Under the pieces are notes generated by a model that did not search any database, was not told the origin of the DNA, and saw only the letters and a list, made by a program, of their open reading frames with translations. Source: a plasmid. From it: 64,000 nucleotides of DNA. Position numbers and translations under genes: made by a program. The stretch lies in sequence record NZ_LR134454.1. One strand, written 5' to 3'. Position 1 is the first letter of the stretch, and each line of letters begins with the position of its first letter. Shown piece by piece: positions 26,527 to 35,632 of this stretch.

Positions 26527-27507
26527 TCAGGACACCTGGTCGACGGGGACGGTCCAGGCCGTCCGGCACACCTCGAGGGTGGGGGAGAGGCGGCCGCGGT
26601 CGAACCAGCTCTGCGCCGTGCCGCGGGCCAGGACGGGCTCGTTCGACGTCGCGGAGATGATCGTCCACGACGCGGACTCGGCGGAGGCCTCGTCCAGGTC
26701 GCGCGCCTGGATGCCGTGGCCCACCAGTTTCGCGAGCGTGCCGCCCGCGAGACACAGGTCCTGGACGTGGCGGCGACGCAGGTGCTCACCGCCCTGAGGG
26801 CTGGTCGGTCCGCCCGCCAGGCGGACGAGGGCATCGACGTCGGCGGCGACGCCGCTGCGGCGCTCCGTGCGCCCCGCCACGTCGAGCGCGAGCCACATCA
26901 GTGCGCCGCCCGCCTGGTTGCCGATGCCCGCGCGGGCCCGGTCGTAGTTCATGAACGTCACGCCGTCGCAGGTGATGATGCTGTCGATGCGCCGGCTCGC
27001 CGTGCACGCCCCGCCGACGGTGCCGTCGGCCGCGGGGACGACGACGTCCACCCGGACGGCGGGCAGGCCCCACATGCCGCCGAGGCACGCGACCGCGGCG
27101 TCGGCGAACGCCTCCATCGCGGCCTGGTCGGTCGACCACGCCGGGAGCGGGCACGCCGCCGGCGCGGTGAGAGTCGTCGTGAACAGGCTGTTCGCGGTGA
27201 TCTGATCGATGCTGGGCGCGGGCGGCGGCGTGGCCGCGCCGGTGATCCCGGGCAGCGGCGCCGCATCGTCCCGGCCGGACTTCGAGACCGCGGCCCAGCC
27301 GACGGCGCCCGCGAGGAGGACGACGGCGACGGCCAGCGTCAGCCAGCCGGCGAGTCCGAGGCGGCGCGGGTTCCGCACGTCGCCGGTGCCGTACAGGCCG
27401 TTCGTGTACGGGCTGCCGGTGGGCAGCCGGTCCGAGCGCCACGGATTCGGGCCCGTCGGTGCCGGTCCGGAACTGATCCGGTCCAGTGGGTTCTCGTCCT
27501 CCGCCAT
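26527..27507 (-). CDS. membrane-anchored secreted hypothetical protein (single N-terminal TM, Cys-containing ectodomain)
   Basis: Internal Met (MAEDENPL) at 27507. TM segment LGLAGWLTLAVAVVLLAGAVGWAAV. Confidence 0.55.
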   Translation of the reverse strand: MAEDENPLDRISSGPAPTGPNPWRSDRLPTGSPYTNGLYGTGDVRNPRRLGLAGWLTLAVAVVLLAGAVGWAAVSKSGRDDAAPLPGITGAATPPPAPSIDQITANSLFTTTLTAPAACPLPAWSTDQAAMEAFADAAVACLGGMWGLPAVRVDVVVPAADGTVGGACTASRRIDSIITCDGVTFMNYDRARAGIGNQAGGALMWLALDVAGRTERRSGVAADVDALVRLAGGPTSPQGGEHLRRRHVQDLCLAGGTLAKLVGHGIQARDLDEASAESASWTIISATSNEPVLARGTAQSWFDRGRLSPTLEVCRTAWTVPVDQVS

Positions 27508-27594
27508 GCGCCCTCCCGCTTCTGCAAGAACGAAATGACTGTACTGAATCACCGGAGGCCCGCCCCGACGCGGTCACCCCGCTAGGCTCGTGGC

Positions 27595-28527
27595 GTGACG
27601 CGCATCGCCTACTTCGGCCCCGAGGGGACGTTCACCGAGATGGCGCTGCTCCAGTGCCAGGACCTCGCCGCCCGTGGCGTGATGGCGGTGCCGGGCGTCG
27701 AGCTCGTCGGGGCCGAGCGGATCAGCGCCCCCAGTCAGGTGGCCGCCCTCGAGATGGTGGCCGACGGTGCCGCGGACCTCGCGTGCGTGCCCATCGAGTC
27801 GTCGGTCGAGGGGCCCGTGACCCCCACGCTGGACACCCTGGGTTTCGGTGCGCCGCTGCAGATCTTCGCCGAGACCGACCTGGCCGTGGCCTTCTCCATC
27901 GCCTCCCCGAAGCCGCTCGACGAGGCGCGCACCGTGGGCGCCTATCCCGTGGCGGCGGCGCAGGTGCGTGCCTGGCTCGCCGCGAACATGCCGCAGGCGC
28001 AGGTGGTTCCGGCCGCCTCGAACGCCGCGGCCGCGCTGGACGTGGCCGAGGGGCGCATCGACGCCGGCGTCACGACCGCCCTCGCCGCCCGGATGTACGA
28101 CGTGCCCGAGGCCGCCACCGGTGTGGCGGACGTCGCCGACGCCCGCACGCGGTTCGTGCTGTGCGGCAAGCCCGGTCCGGCGCCGGCGCGCACCGGCAGC
28201 GACTGCACCGCCGTGGTGATCGACGTGCCCAGCCGGCCCGGATCCCTGGCCCTGGCCATGGCTGAATTCGCTTTGCGCGGTGTCGATCTCACCCGCATCG
28301 AGTCGCGGCCCAAGCGAACGGTGTTCGGCAGCTACGTCTTCCACTTCGACTGCGTCGGCCACATCGACGATCCCGCGGTCGGTGAGGCGCTGCGCGCCCT
28401 GCACCGCGTGTGCGACGACGTCCGGTTCCTCGGCTCCTGGCCGCGTCCCGGCGGGCCGGGCACGGCCCCCGTCGACCCCGGCGACTCCGAGGAGTGGTTC
28501 GACGGCCTGCGCAGGGGCGAACGATGA
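27595..28527 (+). CDS. pheA: prephenate dehydratase
   Basis: PDT domain (ESRP motif at TRIESRPKR) plus a C-terminal ACT domain. Syntenic with M. tuberculosis pheA and its downstream phosphoglycerate-mutase-family gene. Confidence 0.9.
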   Translation: MTRIAYFGPEGTFTEMALLQCQDLAARGVMAVPGVELVGAERISAPSQVAALEMVADGAADLACVPIESSVEGPVTPTLDTLGFGAPLQIFAETDLAVAFSIASPKPLDEARTVGAYPVAAAQVRAWLAANMPQAQVVPAASNAAAALDVAEGRIDAGVTTALAARMYDVPEAATGVADVADARTRFVLCGKPGPAPARTGSDCTAVVIDVPSRPGSLALAMAEFALRGVDLTRIESRPKRTVFGSYVFHFDCVGHIDDPAVGEALRALHRVCDDVRFLGSWPRPGGPGTAPVDPGDSEEWFDGLRRGER

Positions 28528-29153
28528 CGGGCCTGCTGCACCTGGTCCGGCACGGCCAGACCACCGCGAACGTCGCGCGGATCCTCGACACCCGCCCGCC
28601 CGGCGCACCGCTCACGCCCGAGGGCGCCGAGCAGGCGCGCCGGTACGGCGTCGAGCGCCCCGACGCCGCGCCCGCCGTGCTGCTGAGCTCGGTCGCGCGC
28701 CGCGCGCAGGAGACGGCCGGGCACATCGCCGAGGCCTGGGGTGTCGAGACCGCCGCGATCGACGGGGTGCACGAGGTGCAGGCCGGCGACCTCGAGGGGT
28801 TCCACGACGAGGAATCCATCAAGGTCTTCCAGGACGTCGTGCGGCGCTGGTACTCCGGCGAGGCGACCGCCGCGATGCCCGGCGGCGAGAGCGCCGAGGA
28901 CCTGCTCGCGCGGTACCTGCCCGCCGTCGACGCGATCCGCGCCGAGCACCTCCCGCGGGGCGACGCCTACCTCGTCAGCCACGGGGCCGCCATCCGGCTC
29001 GTCGGCTTCCACCTGTCCGGGGTCGACGGTGCCTACGCCCACAAGCATCACCTGCCCAACACCGGGGAGATCGTGCTCCGGCCCGTGGACGGCGGTCGCT
29101 GGGAGCTCGTGAGCTGGGCCGACGCCCCGTCGCACCTGGATCCGATGGGCTAG
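28524..29153 (+). CDS. histidine-phosphatase (phosphoglycerate-mutase-like) family protein
   Basis: RHG motif (LVRHGQT). ATGA-coupled to pheA. Confidence 0.85.
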   Translation: MTGLLHLVRHGQTTANVARILDTRPPGAPLTPEGAEQARRYGVERPDAAPAVLLSSVARRAQETAGHIAEAWGVETAAIDGVHEVQAGDLEGFHDEESIKVFQDVVRRWYSGEATAAMPGGESAEDLLARYLPAVDAIRAEHLPRGDAYLVSHGAAIRLVGFHLSGVDGAYAHKHHLPNTGEIVLRPVDGGRWELVSWADAPSHLDPMG

Positions 29154-29159
29154 GACCCG

Positions 29160-29867
29160 TCAGCTGAAGGCGGCCTCGATGGCGATGGTCGCGGCGGCGG
29201 CGAAGCTCTTCTCGCGGTCCTCGGACGGCATCGCCTCCTCGCGGAAGAGGTGGTCGCTCACCGTGAGCACCGTCAGGGCCTCGCGGCCCTCCGCCGCGGC
29301 GACGGCGTAGAGCGCGGCGGTCTCCATGTCGACGCCGAGGACGCCGTGGTCGCGCAGCCCCTCGTGCAGGCCCGGTCGCGCCAGGTAGAAGTGGTCCGAG
29401 GAGTACACCGGGCCCACCCGCACCGGCGTCCCGGCCCGCTCGGCGGCGTCCACCGCGGCGCGGAGCAGCGGGTACGACGCGGCGGGCGCGAACTTCACAC
29501 CGGGGATGCGCGGGTCGTTGATCGCGGAGTCGGTGTGCGCGGCGGTCGCGACGATCACGTCGCCCAGCGCCAGGTCGTCCTGGAAGCCGCCCGACGTGCC
29601 GACCCGGATGATCCGCTGGACGCCGTACTCGCGGTACAGCTCCGTGGCGTAGATCGTCATCGTCGGCATGCCCATGCCGGAACCCATCACCGAGATCGGC
29701 CGACCCCCGACGGTGCCGGTGTACGCCTCCATGCCGCGCACCTCGTTGACGAGGCGGGCGTCGTCGAACAGCGTCTCCGCGATGCGCCGGGCGCGCCGCG
29801 GGTCGCCCGGCATGAGGACGGCGGGCGCGTAGGCGTCGGGGGCGGCGGAGTTGTGCGGGGTCGGCAT
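29160..29867 (-). CDS. deoD: purine nucleoside phosphorylase, DeoD type
   Basis: PNP/UDP phosphorylase family pattern (GMGMPT…, VGTSGG…, GVDMETAALY). Confidence 0.9.
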   Translation of the reverse strand: MPTPHNSAAPDAYAPAVLMPGDPRRARRIAETLFDDARLVNEVRGMEAYTGTVGGRPISVMGSGMGMPTMTIYATELYREYGVQRIIRVGTSGGFQDDLALGDVIVATAAHTDSAINDPRIPGVKFAPAASYPLLRAAVDAAERAGTPVRVGPVYSSDHFYLARPGLHEGLRDHGVLGVDMETAALYAVAAAEGREALTVLTVSDHLFREEAMPSEDREKSFAAAATIAIEAAFS

Positions 29868-29939
29868 GCGGATTCCTTTCAGGCCCAGCCCGGGTCGTGG
29901 AGTCGGTGGCGGCGATTCCGGAGGGATGTGCCCGTCCGG

Positions 29940-30284
29940 TCAGGCCCAACCCAGGTCGTGCAATCGGTGGTCGTCGATACCAAAATGATGGCCGATCTCG
30001 TGCAGCACGGTCACCCGGATCTCGTGGCGCAACTGCTCCTCGGTGTCGCAGATGTCCATGAGCGCTTCGCGGTAGATGGTGATGGTGTCGGGCAAGGTGC
30101 CCACGTAGTTCCAGTCGCGCTCGGTGAGCGCGATGCCCTCGTACAGGCCGAGCAGCGTCGGCTCGTCCTCGTTGCGGTCGCGGACCAGCACCACCACGTT
30201 GTCCATGGCCTCGGCGAGCTCGGGCGGGACGTCGTCGAGGGCGTCCGAGACCCACTCCTGGAAGGCGCGGCGGGAGACGTGCAC
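29940..30284 (-). CDS. small zinc metallopeptidase-family protein (HExxH; DUF1025-like)
   Basis: VLHEIGHHFG motif. GTG start lies 3 nt after the upstream stop. Confidence 0.7.
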   Translation of the reverse strand: MHVSRRAFQEWVSDALDDVPPELAEAMDNVVVLVRDRNEDEPTLLGLYEGIALTERDWNYVGTLPDTITIYREALMDICDTEEQLRHEIRVTVLHEIGHHFGIDDHRLHDLGWA

Positions 30285-30287
30285 GGG

Positions 30288-31292
30288 CTACCGGCCGGGC
30301 GCGGGGGCCGGGGCGGGGGCGCCGGGCAAGGTGGGCATGACGGGCTTCTTGCCGTCGATGAGCAGGTCGGGGGACTTCGCGGAGCCCGTGATCGGGGTGA
30401 ACGTGTTCCCGTCCTTCGACGAGGCGAGGAAGCAGATCACCGAGCGCGACCCGGCGGTCCACGACGGCTGGGAGAGCTTGTTCCAGGCCAGCTGCAGGCC
30501 CGACTTGCGCAGCCCGTCCTGCGAGCCGAACCAGCCCGTCGTGCGCGACGGGCAGATCCGGCTCAGGTACTCCTCCTGCTGCCGGTCGGTGGGCCACGAC
30601 GCGTCGGGGAAGGCCTGCCGCATGTCGATCACGGCGGTCACCTCGATGCCGTGCGGCTGCGCGCAGCCGACGGGGCCGCTGAACTGGCCGCGCGCGTCCA
30701 GCCCGATGCAGGTGCCCGGCGGCCAGGTCAGCGACTTGTCCTGATTCACCACCTTGCCCTGCACCTCCAGGGGGTTGCCGGCACCGTCGGACACCTGGAT
30801 GCCGCAGCGCATCGTCCGGTCGCCCGACGCCCACGCCTTCTCGCCCGGCGCGAGCAGGCCCATCTGGAACCGGCCCTTCGGGTCGAGGCGGGTGCCGAGG
30901 TACTCGGTGACGACGGGCGGGCACAGCTGGTCGCGCTGCGCGGCGATCACCGACTGCGTCGGGTACGGGGCGTTCTCCGGCAGGCTGCGCGCGGGCTCGC
31001 CCGCGACCTCGAACTTGTGCGGCTGCAGGCAGTCGACGGGTGCCATCGTCGTGGGGTCCTTGTCCCAGGTCAGGCACGTGCCGGGCTTGGACCGGGCGAG
31101 GGTGGTGCCGGCGGCGGCGAGCCGCGGCGCCTTCTCCTCGTTCTTCGGTTCGAACGCGCCCGTGAAGTACAGGCCCGCGCCGATCGCGAGCGCGCCCACG
31201 ATCACCGCGGCCAGGACGGCGCGCACGGTGAGGGCGCCGGCGCGCCCCGTCGTCGAGGCGGGTGCGGGCTGGGTTTCGGTGTCGTCGGCCAT
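30288..31292 (-). CDS. septum-formation-family membrane protein (repeated C..PH motifs)
   Basis: N-terminal TM helix, then duplicated CLQPHKFE and CAQPHGIE motifs. Pro/Ala-rich C-terminus. Confidence 0.6.
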   Translation of the reverse strand: MADDTETQPAPASTTGRAGALTVRAVLAAVIVGALAIGAGLYFTGAFEPKNEEKAPRLAAAGTTLARSKPGTCLTWDKDPTTMAPVDCLQPHKFEVAGEPARSLPENAPYPTQSVIAAQRDQLCPPVVTEYLGTRLDPKGRFQMGLLAPGEKAWASGDRTMRCGIQVSDGAGNPLEVQGKVVNQDKSLTWPPGTCIGLDARGQFSGPVGCAQPHGIEVTAVIDMRQAFPDASWPTDRQQEEYLSRICPSRTTGWFGSQDGLRKSGLQLAWNKLSQPSWTAGSRSVICFLASSKDGNTFTPITGSAKSPDLLIDGKKPVMPTLPGAPAPAPAPGR

Positions 31293-31379
31293 CGCCCTCC
31301 ATCATGCCCGGTCCGGGCCGGGACGGGTGGGCGGTGTAGCGGTTGGGGCGGGTCGACGGTGCCGTAATAGGCTGGTCGG

Positions 31380-32633
31380 GTGATCGACGTCAAGCTGGTA
31401 CGCGAGAACCCGGACCGTGTACGCGCCTCGCAGCGCGCCCGTGGAGAGGACCCGGCGCTGGTCGACGCCCTGCTGTCCGCCGACGCGGACCGTCGGGCCG
31501 CGGTGCTGGCGGCCGACACGCTGCGGGCCGAGCACAAGGCCTCGTCGAAGTCGATCGGCAAGGCGGCGCCCGAGGACCGCAAGGCCCTCGTCGCCGCGGC
31601 GGGCGAGCTCGCCGCGAAGGTCAAGGAGGCCGAGGTCGCGCAGAGCCGCGCCGACGAGGTCTTCGACGAGGTCGCGCGGAAGATCGGCAACGTCATCATC
31701 GACGGGGTGCCCGCCGGCGGCGAGGACGACTTCGAGGTGCTCGAGCACGTGGGCGAGATCCCCGAGATCGAGAACCCCAAGGATCACCTCGAGCTGGCCG
31801 AGGGCCTGGGCCTGCTCGACATGGAGCGCGGCGCCAAGGTCTCGGGCTCGCGGTTCTACTTCATGAAGGGCTACGGCGCGCTGTTCCAGATGGCGCTGCT
31901 GCAGCTCGCGGTGCAGAAGGCCGTGGCCAACGGCTTCACGCTGATGATCCCGCCCGTGCTGGTCAAGCCCGAGGTCATGGCGGGCACCGGCTTCCTCGGC
32001 GCGCACGCCGACGAGATCTACCGCCTCGAGGCCGACGACCTGTACCTGGTCGGCACCTCGGAGGTACCGCTGGCCGGCTACCACATGGACGAGATCCTCG
32101 ACCTGTCCGACGGCCCGGTGCGCTACGCCGCGCAGTCGAGCTGCTTCCGGCGCGAGGCCGGCTCGTACGGCAAGGACACGCGCGGCATCATCCGTGTGCA
32201 CCAGTTCGACAAGATCGAGATGTTCGTCTACTGCAAGCCCGAGGACGCGGAGGCCGAACACCAGCGCCTGCTGAACTGGGAGAAGGAGATGCTCGCGGCG
32301 GTCGAGGTGCCCTACCGGGTGATCGACGTGGCGGCGGGCGACCTGGGCTCGTCGGCGGCGCGCAAGTACGACAGCGAGGCGTGGGTGCCGTCGCAGGGCC
32401 GTTACCGCGAGCTGACGTCGACGTCGAACTGCACCACGTTCCAGGCGCGGCGCCTGGGCATCCGGTACCGCGATTCCGACGGTAGGCCGCAGGTCGCGGC
32501 CACGTTGAACGGGACGCTGGCGACGACGCGCTGGCTCGTCGCGATCTGGGAGAACCACCAGCAGCCCGACGGTTCCGTCCGCGTCCCCGCCGCGCTGCAG
32601 CCGTTCATCGGAACGGACGTGCTGCGGCCGTAA
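31380..32633 (+). CDS. serS: serine--tRNA ligase
   Basis: Full-length class II aaRS with an N-terminal coiled-coil. Motifs 2 and 3 are present (FRREAGS…[20 protein letters not shown]). Confidence 0.95.
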   Translation: MIDVKLVRENPDRVRASQRARGEDPALVDALLSADADRRAAVLAADTLRAEHKASSKSIGKAAPEDRKALVAAAGELAAKVKEAEVAQSRADEVFDEVARKIGNVIIDGVPAGGEDDFEVLEHVGEIPEIENPKDHLELAEGLGLLDMERGAKVSGSRFYFMKGYGALFQMALLQLAVQKAVANGFTLMIPPVLVKPEVMAGTGFLGAHADEIYRLEADDLYLVGTSEVPLAGYHMDEILDLSDGPVRYAAQSSCFRREAGSYGKDTRGIIRVHQFDKIEMFVYCKPEDAEAEHQRLLNWEKEMLAAVEVPYRVIDVAAGDLGSSAARKYDSEAWVPSQGRYRELTSTSNCTTFQARRLGIRYRDSDGRPQVAATLNGTLATTRWLVAIWENHQQPDGSVRVPAALQPFIGTDVLRP

Positions 32634-33003
32634 GGTCCCGGCCCGAGGCGAAGCCGGAGCACTCCGGGCACTGGGTGACGACCGGGTGTGCGCAGGTGAG
32701 CGTGTGCTCGAGGAACGCATCGGCGCGCCGCAATTCGTCGATGCGTCCGGCGATCGCCGCCCGGTGCTCGCGCAGGCGTGCGGCGCGGTCCGCCGTATCG
32801 GCGACGATCAGCTGCTTGATCTGGTCGAGCGAGAGCCCGGCGCGCTGGCACAGGAAGATCAGGCGGGCCCGCGCGACGTGCTCGTCGGAGTAGCTGCGCT
32901 GCCCGCCGGGTTCCCGCGGCGGCACGAGTACGCCGACGTCCTCCCAGTGCCGGAGGACGTGCGTGGCCACGCCCACCTCCACCGCTGCGTCTCCGATGCG
33001 CAT
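32605..33003 (-). CDS. MerR-family transcriptional regulator (with C-terminal Cys cluster)
   Basis: N-terminal MerR HTH ([21 protein letters not shown]). Overlaps the serS 3' end convergently by 29 nt. Confidence 0.8.
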   Translation of the reverse strand: MRIGDAAVEVGVATHVLRHWEDVGVLVPPREPGGQRSYSDEHVARARLIFLCQRAGLSLDQIKQLIVADTADRAARLREHRAAIAGRIDELRRADAFLEHTLTCAHPVVTQCPECSGFASGRDLTAAARPFR

Positions 33004-33050
33004 GCGTTCCGCCTTTACTTCAGGTCGACCTGAAGTTCTACCGTAACGCC

Positions 33051-34037
33051 ATGACGGACACCACCGGACAGATCGCCACCGACCCCATCATCGACCGCGT
33101 CGCACCGACGGCCCTGAGCACGTGCTGCCGCGCGGTCGGGCAGTCGCTCGCGGGTGCCGTGCGTCCGCGCCGGCCCGATCCCGCCCGGATCGCGCGGCTG
33201 CGCGAGGCGCTCGTCGCGCCGCCGGCGTCGTCGGTGACGGTACGCCTGCGAGCGCTGCCTCAGATCCCGCGCGTCGTGCGCTCGATGACGGTGATGGAAG
33301 GCGTGCGGAGTCCGGCGACGATCCGGATGGACATGCGCACCTACGTGATCGACCACCCGTCCGCCCGGATCCTGCTCGACCCGTCGGTCGCCTCCCAGGT
33401 GCGCGAGCGGGTGCTCGGCGCCATGCAGCCGATGCTCCGCGCCGCCGTGATGCCGTCCCCGGACGTCCTCAGCACCGTCGAGGCGCTGCACCGCGGCGGG
33501 GTGGATCCGGCGAGCGTTGACCTCGCGCTGTCGACGCACCTCCACTGGGATCACGTCAGCGGGCTACTCGACCTGCCCGCCCTGCCGCTGATGGCGCACC
33601 GTCGGGAGCACGAGTGGGCGGTCGCCGGCGAGCTGGCGCCGGCCGCGGGGGTGCGCCCCGCGCTCGCCGGCCGCACGATGGACCTGCGGGACCTCGACGG
33701 CCCGCCGGTGCTGGCGTTCCCGGCGAGCCACGACGTCTTCGGCGACGGCGCGGTCGTGCTCGTCGACCTGGCCGGGCACACCCCGGGCAGCGTCGGCGTG
33801 CTGCTGAACACCGAACGCGGGCGCGTGCTCATGGCCGGCGACGCCGTGTGGCACTCCGAGCAGCTGGTGCACGGCGCGCAGAAGGCGGCGTTCCCGGGGC
33901 TGCTCGTCGACGTCGACCGCGACGCGACCTTCGCGACGATGATGCGCCTCATGGCGCTCCCCGGCGATGTCACGGTCGTGCCGTGCCACGATCACGACCT
34001 CGCGGCGCGCTGGGCGAAGGACGAGGGCGGTGCCTAG
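33051..34037 (+). CDS. MBL-fold metallo-hydrolase
   Basis: HxHxDH motif (THLHWDHVSG). Divergent from the MerR gene. Confidence 0.75.
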   Translation: MTDTTGQIATDPIIDRVAPTALSTCCRAVGQSLAGAVRPRRPDPARIARLREALVAPPASSVTVRLRALPQIPRVVRSMTVMEGVRSPATIRMDMRTYVIDHPSARILLDPSVASQVRERVLGAMQPMLRAAVMPSPDVLSTVEALHRGGVDPASVDLALSTHLHWDHVSGLLDLPALPLMAHRREHEWAVAGELAPAAGVRPALAGRTMDLRDLDGPPVLAFPASHDVFGDGAVVLVDLAGHTPGSVGVLLNTERGRVLMAGDAVWHSEQLVHGAQKAAFPGLLVDVDRDATFATMMRLMALPGDVTVVPCHDHDLAARWAKDEGGA

Positions 34038-35632
34038 ACCTCGATCTGCTCCGCCAGCTTGGTGAGGCGGAAGCGGGCCATCGCGAGGTTGGCGCGCGAG
34101 CGGTCGAGCACCAGGTAGAGGAACAGGTCGTCGGTGCCCTGGTTGATGGGGCGCACGATCTGGTACTGCGTGCCGAGGGTGATGAGGATGTCCTCGATGT
34201 GGTCGTCGAGGTCCAGATCGCCCAGCGTGCGGCCCATGGCCTGCACCAGCGCCGAGTTGCCCGCCGCCGCGACCTCGAGATTGAACTCCGCGGGGTCGCC
34301 GGCGGTCGCGAGCGCCATGCCGCTGCTCGCGTCGACCAGCGCGACGCCGAGCGCGCCGTCGATGGTCATGGCTTCCTGGAGGGACTCGTTGAATTCGGTC
34401 ATGTCACCGGGTTCCTTCGGCTCGTGCGGTGCCTGGCGGTTCTGCAGACCCTGCAGGGTCTCGGGATCGACGTAGGTCTCATCGATCTGCGTGTACGGGA
34501 ACGGATCGATCGCGAGCGGCTCGTCGAACGCCGGCGGCGCCTGCTGCTCCGCCGCGCCCGCGTCCGTCGCGGTCTCCTCGGTCGCGGCCTCGGTGCGCGT
34601 CGCCCGCTCGGTGTCGGCCCCGTCGTCGGCGCCGGCCTCCCCGTCCGCGGCCGGCTCCTCGGCAGCGACCTGCCCGTCGGCGGCCGGTTCCTCGACCGGA
34701 GCCTCGGCGGGGGTCGGCTGCTCGTCCTCGACGACCCGCGTGTCGGTCACGGCCTGCGCGTCGAACGGCTCGTCGTCGGCCGGCTCGTCCTCACTCGCGA
34801 CGTCGTCGGTAGCGACGCCTTCGCTCGCGGTTTCCGCGGGCGCGGCCGAGGGGGCCCCGTGCTCGAGCACCTCCACGTCCACCACCTCGACGTCGATGTA
34901 CGACTCGTCGGGCTCGTCGAGGGTCTCGGACTCCGGGTGCGCCTCGAACGTCGCCTCGAGGGTCTCGCCGGCATCGTCGTGCCCCGACGGCGCGGCGTCC
35001 ACCCAGAGGTCGTCCGCGCGGCCCTCGGCGCGGGGCTCGAACCGGGGCGGCGCGAACTGGTCGAAGCCGCCGTCGAAGGCGGTGGCGGACGTGTTCGACG
35101 CCGTCTGCGGCCCCGTCGACGCGCTGTAGCCGAAGCCGCCGACCACCCCGGCCTCGAAGGTGTCCGACGCCTGCTGCACGCCCTGGAAGGTCTCGGAGGT
35201 CAGCGGGTCGGTCAGGGGGTCGGGCTTGGTGCGGGGCGCGTCGGGCGCCGGGCTCCCGGGCTGCGGGTACGACGGTGCCGCCACCCCGGCCAGCGGATCC
35301 GACGGTGCCGGCCCGGGGGCACCGGGCACGGACGCGGCGCGCGGAGCGGACGGCGTGCCCGGAGCGGACGGCGGCGCGCCCGCGGCGGCCCGGGCCGCCT
35401 CCTGCGCGGCGACCTGCACCTCGGGCGGCGGGATCACGCGCGGTCGGCGCGGCGGCTGTCCCTGCGGAGCCTGCTGTCCCGGCGGCGGCCCCTGCGGGGG
35501 AGCGGTGGGCGGCACCGTCGGGGGAGCGGGCGGTGCGGCGGGCGCCGGGCGCGAGCCCATGCCCGTGTCGTGCACGCCGTAGTAGTCCTCGACGCGCTGC
35601 CGGTTGTTGCGCGGACGCCGCGGCCCGCTCAT
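34034..35632 (-). CDS. 532-aa protein: Pro-rich, then acidic disordered region, then C-terminal roadblock/LC7 (Robl) domain. Alternative model is a 122-aa roadblock protein only (34034..34402)
   Basis: A single frame without stops runs from ATG 35632 (ATGA overlap with the upstream Rieske gene) to the stop at 34034. The last 122 aa (MTEFNESLQEAMTIDGALGVALVDASSG…) form a roadblock/LC7 domain. The internal EEPAADG repeat is also coding-like. Confidence 0.5.
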   Translation of the reverse strand: MSGPRRPRNNRQRVEDYYGVHDTGMGSRPAPAAPPAPPTVPPTAPPQGPPPGQQAPQGQPPRRPRVIPPPEVQVAAQEAARAAAGAPPSAPGTPSAPRAASVPGAPGPAPSDPLAGVAAPSYPQPGSPAPDAPRTKPDPLTDPLTSETFQGVQQASDTFEAGVVGGFGYSASTGPQTASNTSATAFDGGFDQFAPPRFEPRAEGRADDLWVDAAPSGHDDAGETLEATFEAHPESETLDEPDESYIDVEVVDVEVLEHGAPSAAPAETASEGVATDDVASEDEPADDEPFDAQAVTDTRVVEDEQPTPAEAPVEEPAADGQVAAEEPAADGEAGADDGADTERATRTEAATEETATDAGAAEQQAPPAFDEPLAIDPFPYTQIDETYVDPETLQGLQNRQAPHEPKEPGDMTEFNESLQEAMTIDGALGVALVDASSGMALATAGDPAEFNLEVAAAGNSALVQAMGRTLGDLDLDDHIEDILITLGTQYQIVRPINQGTDDLFLYLVLDRSRANLAMARFRLTKLAEQIEV

